Assembly: GCF_003334815.1 (NCBI RefSeq)
Contig: NZ_QOWO01000003.1
From: Escherichia coli
GTDB lineage: Bacteria > Pseudomonadota > Gammaproteobacteria > Enterobacterales > Enterobacteriaceae
Reading direction: 5' to 3' (one strand)
Length of the DNA: 64,000 nt
The position numbers and the translations under genes are program-made. Below the pieces are notes generated by a model. It searched no databases. It had not been told where the DNA came from and worked only from the letters and a program-made list of their open reading frames with translations. Every line of letters begins with the position of its first letter. Position 1 is the first letter of the stretch. This document shows, one piece after another, positions 10,422 to 21,012 of the stretch.

Positions 10422-11474
10422 CTACTCCTGTTGCAGACGTTTGAGTAGCTCCAGTTCGGCCTGGAAATCGACGTAGTGGGGGAGTTTGAGGTGTGAGACA
10501 AAGCCTGCGGCTTCGACGTTGTCGGCATGTGCCAGCACGAACTCTTCATCCTGCGCCGGGCCTGTCGCGTGCTCGCCGTACTCCGGGGCTTGCAGAGCGC
10601 GGTCGACCAGCGCCATCGCCATCGCTTTGCGCTCGCTCATGCCGAACACCAGCCCGTAGCCGCGCGTGAAGTGCGGCGGCTCACCCGGCGGGTCGATAAA
10701 ACCGTTAACCATTTCACACTCAGTCATCAGCAGTTCGCCGACGTTCACCGCAAATCCCAGCTCTTCCGGCACAATCGACACGTCGATATAGCCGCTGCGG
10801 ATCTCGCCTGCGAACGGGTGATTGCGCCCGTAACCGCGTTGGGTGGAGTAGGCCAGCGCCAGCAAATAGCCTTCGTCGCCGCGCATCAACTGCTGCAAAC
10901 GGGAGGAGCGTGAGCAGGGGTAAACCGGCGGCGTGCGGGTGATGTCATCCGGCTGTGCGCCGCTATCCTCTTCAAACTTCGCCAGCCCCTGACGCGCCAG
11001 CAGGCTGAAAACGTGCGGCGACGGCTGCTGTTCGCTGTCGGCGGTGGTCAGCGTCGGCGCTTCGCCGTTTGCCAGCAGGGTAAAATCGAGCAGGCGATGG
11101 GTGTAGTCGTAGGTTGGGCCAAGCAGCTGGCCGCCGGGAATGTCTTTATAAACGGCGGAGATACGGCGTTCGAGACGCATCCCGGTGGTGTCGAGCGGCT
11201 CGCTTACCGCCAGCTTCGCCAACGTGGTGCGGTAGGCGCGCAGCAGGAAAATCGCTTCAACGTTATCGCCGCTGGCCTGTTTCAGCGCCAGCGCCGCCAG
11301 TTCGCGGTCGGCAATGCCGCCTTCGGTCATCACGCGATCTACCGCGAGGTTAAGCTGCTGTTCAATCTGGGCGACGCTCAGTTCGGGCAAATCGGTATCG
11401 CCTCGGCGTCGGCTCTCTTGCAGGGCGTGGGCGGCGTCGATCGCCTTCTCGCCCCCTTTCACGGCAACGTACAT
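10422..11474 (-). CDS. phnI: C-P lyase core complex subunit (ribosyl-triphosphate forming nucleosidase)
   Basis: ORF 10422..11594; start placed at ATG that overlaps the phnH stop by 1 bp ([16 protein letters not shown]...); exact start not verified. Confidence 0.88.
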   Translation of the reverse strand: MYVAVKGGEKAIDAAHALQESRRRGDTDLPELSVAQIEQQLNLAVDRVMTEGGIADRELAALALKQASGDNVEAIFLLRAYRTTLAKLAVSEPLDTTGMRLERRISAVYKDIPGGQLLGPTYDYTHRLLDFTLLANGEAPTLTTADSEQQPSPHVFSLLARQGLAKFEEDSGAQPDDITRTPPVYPCSRSSRLQQLMRGDEGYLLALAYSTQRGYGRNHPFAGEIRSGYIDVSIVPEELGFAVNVGELLMTECEMVNGFIDPPGEPPHFTRGYGLVFGMSERKAMAMALVDRALQAPEYGEHATGPAQDEEFVLAHADNVEAAGFVSHLKLPHYVDFQAELELLKRLQQE

Positions 11475-12058
11475 CAGCACACCTCCACATGAGTGGTTCG
11501 CGGAATAGCCAGCAGGCGCTCGCCACAGGTCAGGATCAGGTCGATGCCGAGCGGGAACGGATGCGGGCGCTCGGTGAGTTCGTGCAGAATGCACTCCGGC
11601 AGCTGCGGAGCGATCATTCGTTCTTCGGCAATACCCGCACCAGTAAGGCGCAACATGCGTCCGCCGCTCAGGCTGGCGACCTGTAAAATCAGCGTCGCAC
11701 CCGCTTCCGGCGCAACGGCGGTGCCGGTGGAAAGGGCGTTGAGCTGTTCGCTGGAAATCGCCTCATCCGTCACCGCGAAGGTCGCCTGTTCCGGCTGGCT
11801 GACCAGCGGCGCGTTGGTATGAAAACGCAGGCTCTGGTTGACGATATCGTTATTTAATGGGGTAGAAAGCCACACCGGCGTGTCGTTATCGGCCAGCGTC
11901 AGCAGCACGCTGGTGGTGGCGATATTCAGCGGTTGCCAGCCGCGTTTGAGCTGATGCAGGGCGACAATCACGCCCGGCTCGCTCATGGCCTTTAACAGGC
12001 GACGAAAACTGTGCTGGGCATCCTGCACGGGAAGCATAAAAGCGGTTTCCAGGGTCAT
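11474..12058 (-). CDS. phnH: C-P lyase core complex subunit
   Basis: 194-aa ORF; 4-bp overlap with phnG stop; operon position. Confidence 0.9.
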
Positions 12059-12507
12059 GCGTTGTCTCCGCGAACCATCGTAAAGAAGTCGACCCGGCTG
12101 GCGTTCACTTCGGCCTGGCGTGCGGCAATGCGTGCCATACGGTCAGCGTCCAGCGGGGCAATAAGGGTTTCTGATAAGTTTTGAAAGTGGCGAGATTGCT
12201 GCATCAGCGCGTCAATCAGCGCGCAGCGTTCGGCGTGCTGTTTATCACGCCCCTGCACCCAGCTGTAGCCGAGCGTGCCGTCAGTCAGGCGCACGGCGGC
12301 GCGGGTCAGCGTGGCGTCGCCGGCAAAAAAACGTTCGCCGGTGCCGCCCATCCGCGCCTGAATCTGTACCAGGCCAGTTTCAGCGGCGCGGATCACCTCA
12401 TAGTCGGCGGTGATGTTTAGCGCGTTCAGGCGTGCTGCCAGTTCAGCCGGTTGGCTGTGCGCCAGCACGGACATCCAGTGCTGGCGGGTCGCGGTATCTG
12501 CGTGCAT
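12055..12507 (-). CDS. phnG: C-P lyase core complex subunit
   Basis: 150-aa ORF; directly abuts phnF stop. Confidence 0.9.
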
Positions 12508-13233
12508 TCAGTGCTCCATAGTGAATTCAATCATGTCGGCGCGCGTCAGGCTGACGGAGTACTCCGCCGGGCTGCTTTCACCGTCACGGTGGTTAAGGGT
12601 GCGCACGCACAGCAGCGGCGACATATTCGGGATTTCAAGACGCTGGCACTCTTTGGCCTGGGCGCGGCGGGCGCTGATCCGCGTCTGGCTGCGGCGCAGC
12701 GCAATTCCGGTTTGCTCGCGCAGAAAATCGTGCAGCGAGCCGCTGTCGAAGCGTTGCAGCGTCGGCCAGAGGGTGAGGTCCGCGAAGTAGTGGTCGATTA
12801 AACAGAGCGCGACGCCGTTGACACGACGCAGGGTGCGCAGGTGGATGACGTTCTCCCCCTCGGTAATCCCCAGTGCGTCAGCGACGTGGCCGGACGCGGG
12901 GCGCAATACCGAAAGCAGTTTTTCGCTGGTGGGATGGCTGCCCTGATCCAGCAGATTCTGGCTAAAACGCGCCTGGGCGTTGAGCGGGTAATCGAACGGG
13001 CGCATCAGCACCAGCACGCCGACGCCCTGACGGCGCTGTACCCAGCCTTTTTCCACCAGTTGGTCGATGGCGCGGCGCAGGGTGTGGCGATTCACCTCAA
13101 AGCGCGCTGCCAGTTGCTGCTCGGCGGGAAGATAGTCGCCGCAGCGGTAGTGTTGACGAAGCTCCTGCTCAAGTTTTGCGGCTATCTCTTGATAGCGTGT
13201 TGGGTAGCTGGTCGGATGTGTAGACAAGTGCAT
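12508..13233 (-). CDS. phnF: GntR-family transcriptional repressor of phosphonate operon
   Basis: ORF 12508..13242; start at internal ATG (MHLSTHPTSYPTRYQEIA..., 241 aa); GntR HTH plus UTRA-like C-terminal domain. Confidence 0.88.
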   Translation of the reverse strand: MHLSTHPTSYPTRYQEIAAKLEQELRQHYRCGDYLPAEQQLAARFEVNRHTLRRAIDQLVEKGWVQRRQGVGVLVLMRPFDYPLNAQARFSQNLLDQGSHPTSEKLLSVLRPASGHVADALGITEGENVIHLRTLRRVNGVALCLIDHYFADLTLWPTLQRFDSGSLHDFLREQTGIALRRSQTRISARRAQAKECQRLEIPNMSPLLCVRTLNHRDGESSPAEYSVSLTRADMIEFTMEH

Positions 13234-13253
13234 AGATATCAATGCCTCGCTTA

Positions 13254-14041
13254 TCAGATAAAGTGCTTACGCAACCGTTGAGAGAGGAAATCCAGCAGGC
13301 TGACCGTGACGATGATAAGCACCATCAGGGCGCAGGTTTGTTGGAACTGGAAACCGCGAATCGCTTCCCACAGGGTGACGCCGATCCCGCCTGCGCCGAC
13401 CATGCCGACGACGGTCGCCGAGCGGACGTTGGATTCGAAGCGATAGAGGGAGTAGGAGATCAGCAGTGGCATCACCTGTGGCAGCACGCCGTAGAGGATC
13501 TCTTCGAGCTTGTTGGCACCGGTGGCGCGAATGCCTTCCACCGGGCCGGGTTCAATCGCTTCCACCGCTTCGGAAAGCAGCTTGGAGAGCACGCCGGTGG
13601 TGTGGATAAACAGCGCCAGCACGCCAGCACGCCAGCGAACGGGCCGAGGCCGACGGCGACCACGAACAGCATGGCGAAGACCATTTCGTTAATGGCGCGG
13701 CAGGCGTCCATCAGGCGGCGAACGGGCTGGTAAACCCACCACGGCACCAGGTTTTCGGCGCTCATCAGGCCAAAGGGGATGGAGAGAACCACCGCCAGCG
13801 CGGTGCCCCAGACGGCGATTTGCAGCGTGACGGCCATTTCGGTGAGGTAATCCTGCCACTGGCTGAAATCGGGCGGGAAGAAGTCGGCGGCGAACGTCGC
13901 CATGTTGCCGCCGTCTTTGATCAGCGTAAGCGGGGCCATTTCCGCGCCCTGCCACGAGACGACCAACACGGCGAGTACAACGGCCCAGCTCAGAAGCGAG
14001 AACCAGCTGCGCTTGGGTGGGGCGATGGTGATGGTTTGCAT
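13254..14041 (-). pseudogene. phnE: phosphonate ABC transporter permease, interrupted by a frameshift (two overlapping ORFs in different frames)
   Basis: ORFs 13472..14104 and 13254..13622 are both hydrophobic permease-like and overlap out of frame; tandem 8-bp repeats gccagcac x2 plus gccagcga at 13615..13638 sit at the junction. Confidence 0.85.
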
Positions 14042-14056
14042 GTTTGGCTCCGGTCT

Positions 14057-14144
14057 GTAGGCCGGATAAGGTGCTTGCACCGCATCCGGCATCAACGCCT
14101 GCACATTGTCGGATGCGACGCCGGGGCGTCTTATCCGACCTACG
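14057..14144. repeat. REP/BIME palindromic element pair (phnD-phnE intergenic)
   Basis: Seen directly: gtaggccggataaggtgcttgcaccgcatccggcatc and cggatgcgacgccggggcgtcttatccgacctacg. Confidence 0.85.
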
Positions 14145-14146
14145 AT

Positions 14147-15163
14147 TTACTGCACCGCTTTACTCACCGAACTCATCGCGCTTAGCGCGTTGTTCAGGCG
14201 GTCCAGGTCATCCAGCTGCGCCTGAATCTCGGTGGTTTTTGCCAGCTTGTCCTGCTCATTCAGTCCTTTATTGCTTTTCACGCCCTGCATCTCTTTAAAC
14301 AGCGCGAGCTGGCGAATCGGCACCAGTTGCAGGTCGCTGGAAGCGCGGAATGGCGCCCAGCCCAGGCGTTCCAGCACCGCTTTTTCTTCCGGCGTTTTGC
14401 CGTAGTTCATAAAGAAGTCGTAGATCTTGTCTTTGGTGGTTTCGGAAAGATTCTTGCGCCAGACGATCGGATCGCCTGGGATCAGCGGCGACTTCCAGAT
14501 CACCTTCAGTTCTTTCAGCTTCTCTGGCGCGGAGGTTTTCAGCTTGTCGAGGTTTTCGGTGTTGTTGGTGGCAACATCCACCTGCTTGTTGGCGACGGCC
14601 AGCGCGTTGGTTTCATGCCCGGCGTTGACGGTGCGCTTGAAGTCGCTGGCGGAGATATTGTTTTTGGCGAAGACGTAGTAGCCGGGGACGAGGAAGCCAG
14701 AGGTGGAGTTAGGATCGCCATTGCCAAAGGTGAGATCTTTCCGCTTCGCCAGCAGATCGTTCAGGTTGTTGATCGGACTGTCTTTGTTGACGATCAACAC
14801 GCTCCAGTAACCCGGCGATCCATCCGCCGCGACCGTCTGGGCGAAGACCTGGCCATTGGCGCGATCCACCGCTTCCATCGCCGACAGATTGCCGTACCAG
14901 GCGATATCCACTTTATTGAAGCGCATCCCCTGGATAATGCCCGCGTAGTCCGGGGCAAAGAAGGCGTTGACCTTCACGCCCAGCTTCTTCTCCATATCCT
15001 GCAAGAACGGCGTCCATTGCGGTTTCAGGTTTTGCTGTGATTCCGTTGAAATAATGCCGAAATTCAACGCCTTTTCCTGCTCTTCGGCGTGCGCCGGGCT
15101 TAACAGGGTGCTGAGGCTGAACATGCTGGTGAAGGCCAGCGAGGCAATTATCTTAGCGTTCAT
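14147..15163 (-). CDS. phnD: phosphonate ABC transporter periplasmic binding protein
   Basis: 338-aa ORF with signal peptide MNAKIIASLAFTSMFSLSTLLSPAHA. Confidence 0.92.
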   Translation of the reverse strand: MNAKIIASLAFTSMFSLSTLLSPAHAEEQEKALNFGIISTESQQNLKPQWTPFLQDMEKKLGVKVNAFFAPDYAGIIQGMRFNKVDIAWYGNLSAMEAVDRANGQVFAQTVAADGSPGYWSVLIVNKDSPINNLNDLLAKRKDLTFGNGDPNSTSGFLVPGYYVFAKNNISASDFKRTVNAGHETNALAVANKQVDVATNNTENLDKLKTSAPEKLKELKVIWKSPLIPGDPIVWRKNLSETTKDKIYDFFMNYGKTPEEKAVLERLGWAPFRASSDLQLVPIRQLALFKEMQGVKSNKGLNEQDKLAKTTEIQAQLDDLDRLNNALSAMSSVSKAVQ

Positions 15164-15187
15164 TCGTTTTCCTCAATGATGGGGATG

Positions 15188-15976
15188 TCAGGCAGCTTTC
15201 GCGTTCTCTTCGACGCGGTTAATGCTGCGGTAGAGATGGTCAAAACGTTCGTTATCAAACTGTTGGCTGCTGCCGTCGTAGAAGACGTGCCCCTGGCGCA
15301 GGGCGACGATGCGTTCGCAGTAGCGCAGGGCGTAATCCACCTGATGCAGCGTGACGACCACGGTGATGCCGTCGTTCTGGTTGATGTCGCGCAGGGTGTC
15401 CATCACGATGCGCGCTGATTCTGGGTCCAGCGAGGCGATGGGTTCATCGGCCAGAATCACTTTCGCCTGCTGCATCAGCGCACGGGCAATCGCCACACGT
15501 TGCTGCTGGCCGCCGGAGAGGGTGGAAACGCGCTGATGGGCAAAATGCACCATGCCAACGCGGGTCAGCGCCTGTAACGCGCGCTGTTTCTGCTCGCCGG
15601 TGAACCAGCTAAAACAGGTGCGCCAGAACGGCGTGCTGCCGAGCGCGCCAATCAGCACGTTCTCCAGTACGCTCAGGCGGTTCACCAGGTTGAATTGTTG
15701 GAATATGTAGCCGGTATGGGCGCGGCTTTTGCGGATATCGCGGGCCAGGCGGCCTTCGCGCTGGACTGTGCGGCCCAGCAGCTCGATATGGCTACCGACA
15801 GATTTATCGCCGGTAATCAAACCGCTTAAGTGACGTAAAAGGGTGGATTTTCCGGAACCCGACGGCCCAAGCAGAGCCACCATTTCACCGTGATGAATGT
15901 TCAGATCAACCGCATGCAGCGCCTGATGCTGATTGAAGGTTTTGGCGAGCTTCTCGACACGGATAATCGTTTGCAT
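15188..15976 (-). CDS. phnC: phosphonate ABC transporter ATP-binding protein
   Basis: 262-aa ORF; Walker [10 protein letters not shown], signature LSGGQQQR; first gene of phn operon. Confidence 0.93.
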   Translation of the reverse strand: MQTIIRVEKLAKTFNQHQALHAVDLNIHHGEMVALLGPSGSGKSTLLRHLSGLITGDKSVGSHIELLGRTVQREGRLARDIRKSRAHTGYIFQQFNLVNRLSVLENVLIGALGSTPFWRTCFSWFTGEQKQRALQALTRVGMVHFAHQRVSTLSGGQQQRVAIARALMQQAKVILADEPIASLDPESARIVMDTLRDINQNDGITVVVTLHQVDYALRYCERIVALRQGHVFYDGSSQQFDNERFDHLYRSINRVEENAKAA

Positions 15977-16010
15977 GATGCAGCCTCCCTAAAAAAGTGG
16001 CTCCATCGTG

Positions 16011-16052
16011 GCGGATTATTGTGACGATTTGGTTAATTAAAAGTGACTAACA
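16011..16052 (-). promoter_or_regulatory. putative PhoB-dependent promoter (Pho box) of the phn operon
   Basis: Minus-strand reading ctgttagtcacttttaattaaccaaatcgtcacaataatccgc lies 35-80 bp upstream of phnC ATG and contains CTGT-A/T-rich direct repeats resembling the Pho box consensus; exact boundaries from recall and inference. Confidence 0.5.
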
Positions 16053-16108
16053 GATGAAGAGTTAACGGGAATTCGATGACAGTGCGGGAGGGCGGGCCTC
16101 CCGGCGGG

Positions 16109-16552
16109 TTATTGCGTTGGTTGTTGTTTGACGACATTAATCATCCACGGTACGCCAAATTTATCGGTGACTTTGCCAAAGCCATGCGCCCAGAAAGTTT
16201 CCTGCCAGGCCATTTCGATTTTTCCGTTAGCGGCAAGATTGTCAAACCAGCGTTTTCCTTCTTCGACCTGTTGCGAATCGAGCACCAGCGTAAAGCCGGA
16301 GTAGCTGGCTTTTCCTGACGGCATGGCATCGCTCATCATGATGTCGCTTCCGGCAATGCGCACATTGGCGTGGGCGATGGCGGTATCGGGAAATTGCATT
16401 CCGGAAGGGCAGTTCTCGGCGCTGTCCTGCGCTGATTTTGGCATTTCGCCGAAGCTGATTTTATAGAGCAGTTCCGCGCCCAACGTACGTTGATAATAGG
16501 CAATCGCGTCGGAACAGTTACCGGCAAAAGAGAGGTAGGGACTTAACGGCAT
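16109..16552 (-). CDS. yjdN: PhnB/glyoxalase-fold family protein
   Basis: 147-aa ORF MPLSPYLSFAGNCSDAIAYYQ...; recognised as YjdN (formerly phnB). Confidence 0.85.
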   Translation of the reverse strand: MPLSPYLSFAGNCSDAIAYYQRTLGAELLYKISFGEMPKSAQDSAENCPSGMQFPDTAIAHANVRIAGSDIMMSDAMPSGKASYSGFTLVLDSQQVEEGKRWFDNLAANGKIEMAWQETFWAHGFGKVTDKFGVPWMINVVKQQPTQ

Positions 16553-16615
16553 GATGGTGACCTCAGTTAAGAGAAGCCAGTTAAGTGTAGTTCGAAATTT
16601 ATACAGATGAGAGGC

Positions 16616-16890
<275 letters not shown>

Positions 16891-16909
16891 CTTACCGATC
16901 ACAATACAA

Positions 16910-17245
16910 TCAGTTCTTTTTCACAAACTCAGATTTCAGTTTCATCGGACCAAAACCGTCGATTTTGCAATCGATGTTATGGTCGCCTTCAACCAGGCGG
17001 ATGTTTTTCACTTTGGTGCCAATTTTCAGCATCGAAGAGCTACCTTTCACCTTCAGATCTTTAATGATGGTAACGCTGTCGCCGTCAGCCAGCAGATTGC
17101 CGTTAGCATCTTTAACGATCAGCTCGTCGCTTTCCTGTGCAGGTTCTGCGTCGTTCCATTCGTAGGCACATTCCGGGCAGATGTACATGCCGTTATCTTC
17201 GTAGGTGTATTCGGAGTTGCATTTTGGGCAGTGTGGTAATGACAT
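16910..17245 (-). CDS. yjdM: PhnA-family zinc-ribbon protein
   Basis: ORF 16910..17392; start at internal ATG ([17 protein letters not shown]..., 111 aa); CPKC...CPEC zinc-ribbon motif. Confidence 0.88.
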
Positions 17246-17645
17246 GTGGATTTCCTCAAAAGTCAGCAGGGCAAAAGCGCCAAAAAACGGCAGATTGCCG
17301 AAAAAGGCCGCAATTATACACAAAATCCCTGAGTTTGTCGGGGGTACTGCTGATTTTAGACGACGATCGTTTTCATTTGAAAGGAAACGCAAAAAGAAAA
17401 TAATCTTTTTGCCTCTATTTATTATTTAAGATAATGTTAATGCTCTACTTGTTCTTTTTTTAATTCACATGATATTTTTATCTTTCTGACGTTTTAAACG
17501 TATCAGAAGACGTTATTTATTCTGATAAAAAACAACACACTAAATATAAAATTATTTCTTGCAGTAATTATAAAAGCCGAAAACAGAACTCAAAAACAAT
17601 CTGGCTAAATAAAATAACAAAATTTGCTTTAAGGAAGAATTTTCT

Positions 17646-19874
17646 ATGTACACACAGACCCTGTATGAGTTAAGTCAGGAGGCTGAACGCCTGTTACAGC
17701 TTTCTCGCCAACAGTTGCAGTTACTGGAAAAAATGCCTCTCTCTGTACCCGGAGACGACGCGCCACAACTGGCTTTACCCTGGAGTCAGCCTAATATCGC
17801 CGAACGTCACGCGATGCTGAATAATGAGTTGCGTAAAATTTCCCGACTGGAAATGGTGCTTGCAATTGTCGGTACCATGAAAGCAGGGAAATCAACCACC
17901 ATTAATGCCATTGTTGGTACGGAGGTTCTGCCTAATCGTAATCGCCCAATGACTGCGCTGCCGACGCTTATTCGCCATACGCCCGGGCAAAAGGAACCGG
18001 TACTGCATTTTTCACATGTCGCGCCAATCGATTGTTTAATTCAACAATTACAACAGCGCCTGCGTGATTGCGATATTAAGCATCTGACCGATGTGCTGGA
18101 AATAGATAAAGATATGCGTGCGCTTATGCAGCGGATCGAAAATGGCGTCGCTTTCGAAAAATATTATCTGGGTGCCCAGCCTATTTTTCATTGTCTGAAA
18201 AGTTTGAATGATTTAGTGCGACTGGCGAAGGCGCTGGACGTCGATTTTCCTTTTTCTGCTTACGCCGCCATTGAGCATATTCCCGTGATTGAAGTGGAGT
18301 TTGTCCATCTAGCGGGGCTGGAGAGTTATCCCGGTCAGTTGACGTTACTGGATACCCCCGGGCCAAATGAAGCCGGGCAACCGCATCTGCAAAAAATGCT
18401 TAACCAGCAGCTGGCACGCGCCTCGGCGGTACTGGCGGTGCTGGATTATACGCAACTGAAATCGATCTCCGATGAAGAGGTCCGTGAGGCGATTTTGGCG
18501 GTGGGGCAATCGGTGCCGCTGTACGTGCTGGTCAATAAGTTCGATCAACAGGATCGTAACAGTGACGACGCCGACCAGGTGCGGGCACTGATTTCCGGGA
18601 CGCTGATGAAAGGCTGTATTACGCCACAGCAGATATTTCCGGTGTCGTCGATGTGGGGCTACCTGGCGAATCGGGCGCGCTATGAGTTAGCCAACAACGG
18701 TAAGTTACCACCGCCAGAGCAACAACGCTGGGTGGAAGATTTTGCCCATGCCGCGCTTGGCAGGCGCTGGCGTCATGCCGATCTGGCGGACCTCGAACAT
18801 ATTCGTCATGCTGCCGATCAGTTGTGGGAAGATTCGCTGTTCGCCCAGCCAATTCAGGCGTTGCTTCATGCCGCTTACGCTAACGCCTCGTTGTATGCTC
18901 TGCGATCTGCCGCGCATAAACTGTTGAATTACGCGCAGCAGGCGCGGGAATACCTGGATTTTCGTGCGCACGGGTTAAACGTCGCTTGTGAACAATTGCG
19001 GCAAAATATCCACCAGATCGAAGAAAGTTTGCAGCTATTGCAACTCAATCAGGCGCAGGTGAGCGGCGAGATTAAACATGAAATCGAGCTGGCCCTGACC
19101 TCCGCCAACCACTTTCTGCGTCAACAGCAAGATGCGCTGAAGGTGCAGTTAGCCGCCTTGTTTCAGGATGATTCGGAGCCGTTAAGCGAGATTCGTACCC
19201 GCTGTGAGACACTGTTACAGACGGCGCAGAACACCATCAGTCGCGACTTTACGCTGCGTTTTGCCGAGCTTGAATCCACCCTTTGCCGGGTGTTAACCGA
19301 TGTTATTCGCCCCATTGAGCAACAAGTCAAAATGGAATTGAGCGAGTCAGGGTTTCGTCCTGGGTTTCATTTTCCTGTTTTTCACGGCGTAGTTCCCCAC
19401 TTCAACACTCGCCAGCTGTTCAGTGAAGTCATTTCGCGCCAGGAAGCAACGGACGAGCAGAGCACGCGTTTAGGCGTTGTGCGTGAGACTTTTTCGCGCT
19501 GGTTGAATCAGCCCGACTGGGGACGGGGAAATGAGAAATCACCGACAGAAACGGTTGATTACAGTGTGTTGCAACGAGCATTAAGCGCAGAAGTCGATCT
19601 CTATTGCCAACAAATGGCTAAAGTTCTGGCAGAGCAGGTCGATGAATCTGTTACGGCAGGCATGAATACTTTTTTCGCTGAGTTCGCTTCATGTTTGACG
19701 GAATTACAGACGCGTTTACGCGAAAGTCTGGCTCTGCGTCAACAAAATGAATCGGTGGTCAGGCTGATGCAGCAGCAATTGCAGCAGACTGTGATGACTC
19801 ACGGCTGGATTTACACCGACGCCCAGCTGTTACGCGATGATATTCAAACACTTTTCACGGCAGAACGATATTGA
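17646..19874 (+). CDS. crfC: bacterial dynamin-like GTPase (clamp-binding sister replication fork colocalization protein)
   Basis: 742-aa ORF; GTPase G1 motif GTMKAGKST and DTPG G3 motif seen in translation; long C-terminal helical region; recognised as CrfC/YjdA. Confidence 0.9.
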   Translation: MYTQTLYELSQEAERLLQLSRQQLQLLEKMPLSVPGDDAPQLALPWSQPNIAERHAMLNNELRKISRLEMVLAIVGTMKAGKSTTINAIVGTEVLPNRNRPMTALPTLIRHTPGQKEPVLHFSHVAPIDCLIQQLQQRLRDCDIKHLTDVLEIDKDMRALMQRIENGVAFEKYYLGAQPIFHCLKSLNDLVRLAKALDVDFPFSAYAAIEHIPVIEVEFVHLAGLESYPGQLTLLDTPGPNEAGQPHLQKMLNQQLARASAVLAVLDYTQLKSISDEEVREAILAVGQSVPLYVLVNKFDQQDRNSDDADQVRALISGTLMKGCITPQQIFPVSSMWGYLANRARYELANNGKLPPPEQQRWVEDFAHAALGRRWRHADLADLEHIRHAADQLWEDSLFAQPIQALLHAAYANASLYALRSAAHKLLNYAQQAREYLDFRAHGLNVACEQLRQNIHQIEESLQLLQLNQAQVSGEIKHEIELALTSANHFLRQQQDALKVQLAALFQDDSEPLSEIRTRCETLLQTAQNTISRDFTLRFAELESTLCRVLTDVIRPIEQQVKMELSESGFRPGFHFPVFHGVVPHFNTRQLFSEVISRQEATDEQSTRLGVVRETFSRWLNQPDWGRGNEKSPTETVDYSVLQRALSAEVDLYCQQMAKVLAEQVDESVTAGMNTFFAEFASCLTELQTRLRESLALRQQNESVVRLMQQQLQQTVMTHGWIYTDAQLLRDDIQTLFTAERY

Positions 19875-20749
19875 CCAAGACGTTACTTGACGGCCCCGGT
19901 CGCGTGCTGGAGTCGGTTTATCCCCGCTTTTTAGTGGATCTGGCGCAGGGTGATGATGCCCGCCTTCCACAAGCCCATCAGCAGCAGTTTCGTGAACGAC
20001 TGATGCAGGAACTTCTTTCGCGTGTGCAGCTTCAGACATGGACGAACGGCGGCATGTTAAATGCGCCGCTTAGCCTGCGTCTGACATTGGTGGAAAAACT
20101 GGCGTCGATGCTGGATCCCGGTCATCTGGCACTGACGCAGATCGCGCAGCATCTGGCGCTGCTGCAAAAAATGGATCACCGCCAGCACTCTGCTTTCCCG
20201 GAGCTCCCCCAGCAAATTGCCGCCTTGTATGAGTGGTTTTCAGCCCGTTGTCGCTGGAAGGAAAAGGCGTTAACGCAACGAGGCCTACTGGTGCAGGCAG
20301 GTGATCAGAGCGAGCAAATTTTTACCCGCTGGCGTGCTGGGGCGTATAACGCCTGGTCGTTGCCTGGGCGCTGTTTTATCGTTCTGGAGGAGTTGCGCTG
20401 GGGGGCATTTGGCGATGCCTGCCGTCTGGGAAGCCCGCAAGCGGTGGCGTTGTTGCTGGGTGATTTGCTCGAGAAAGCGACACAACATCTGGCAGAGAGT
20501 ATCAATGCGGCACCGACCACGCGTCACTATTACCATCAGTGGTTTGCCTCTTCGACCGTTCCGACGGGCGGGGAGCATGCTGATTTTTTAAGTTGGCTGG
20601 GAAAGTGGACCACGGCAGATAAACAACCCGTTTGCTGGTCAGTGACCCAACGCTGGCAAACTGTCGCGCTGGGGATGCCACGACTCTGTTCAGCGCAGCG
20701 TCTGGCGGGGGCAATGCTCGAGGAAATCTTCTCTGTAAATTTGGCGTAA
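19871..20749 (+). CDS. yjcZ: uncharacterized protein, translationally coupled to crfC
   Basis: 292-aa ORF whose ATG overlaps the crfC stop (ATGA at 19871..19874); no recognisable catalytic motif. Confidence 0.85.
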   Translation: MTKTLLDGPGRVLESVYPRFLVDLAQGDDARLPQAHQQQFRERLMQELLSRVQLQTWTNGGMLNAPLSLRLTLVEKLASMLDPGHLALTQIAQHLALLQKMDHRQHSAFPELPQQIAALYEWFSARCRWKEKALTQRGLLVQAGDQSEQIFTRWRAGAYNAWSLPGRCFIVLEELRWGAFGDACRLGSPQAVALLLGDLLEKATQHLAESINAAPTTRHYYHQWFASSTVPTGGEHADFLSWLGKWTTADKQPVCWSVTQRWQTVALGMPRLCSAQRLAGAMLEEIFSVNLA

Positions 20750-21012
20750 ATAATCAGTTACATCAATGAGTCCTAAACGAAATCCATGTGTGAAGTTGAT
20801 CACAAATTTAAACACTGGTAGGGTAAAAAGGTCATTAACTGCCCAATTCAGGCGTCAACTGGTTTGATTGTACATTCCTTAACCGGAGGGTGTAAGCAAA
20901 CCCGCTACGCTTGTTACAGAGATTGCATCCTGCAATTCCCGCTCCCCTTTTGCGGCCGTCGCGCTGATTTTTCTGGCGTTTGCGGAAATGGGCCAACTCT
21001 GCGAGGAAAGCT

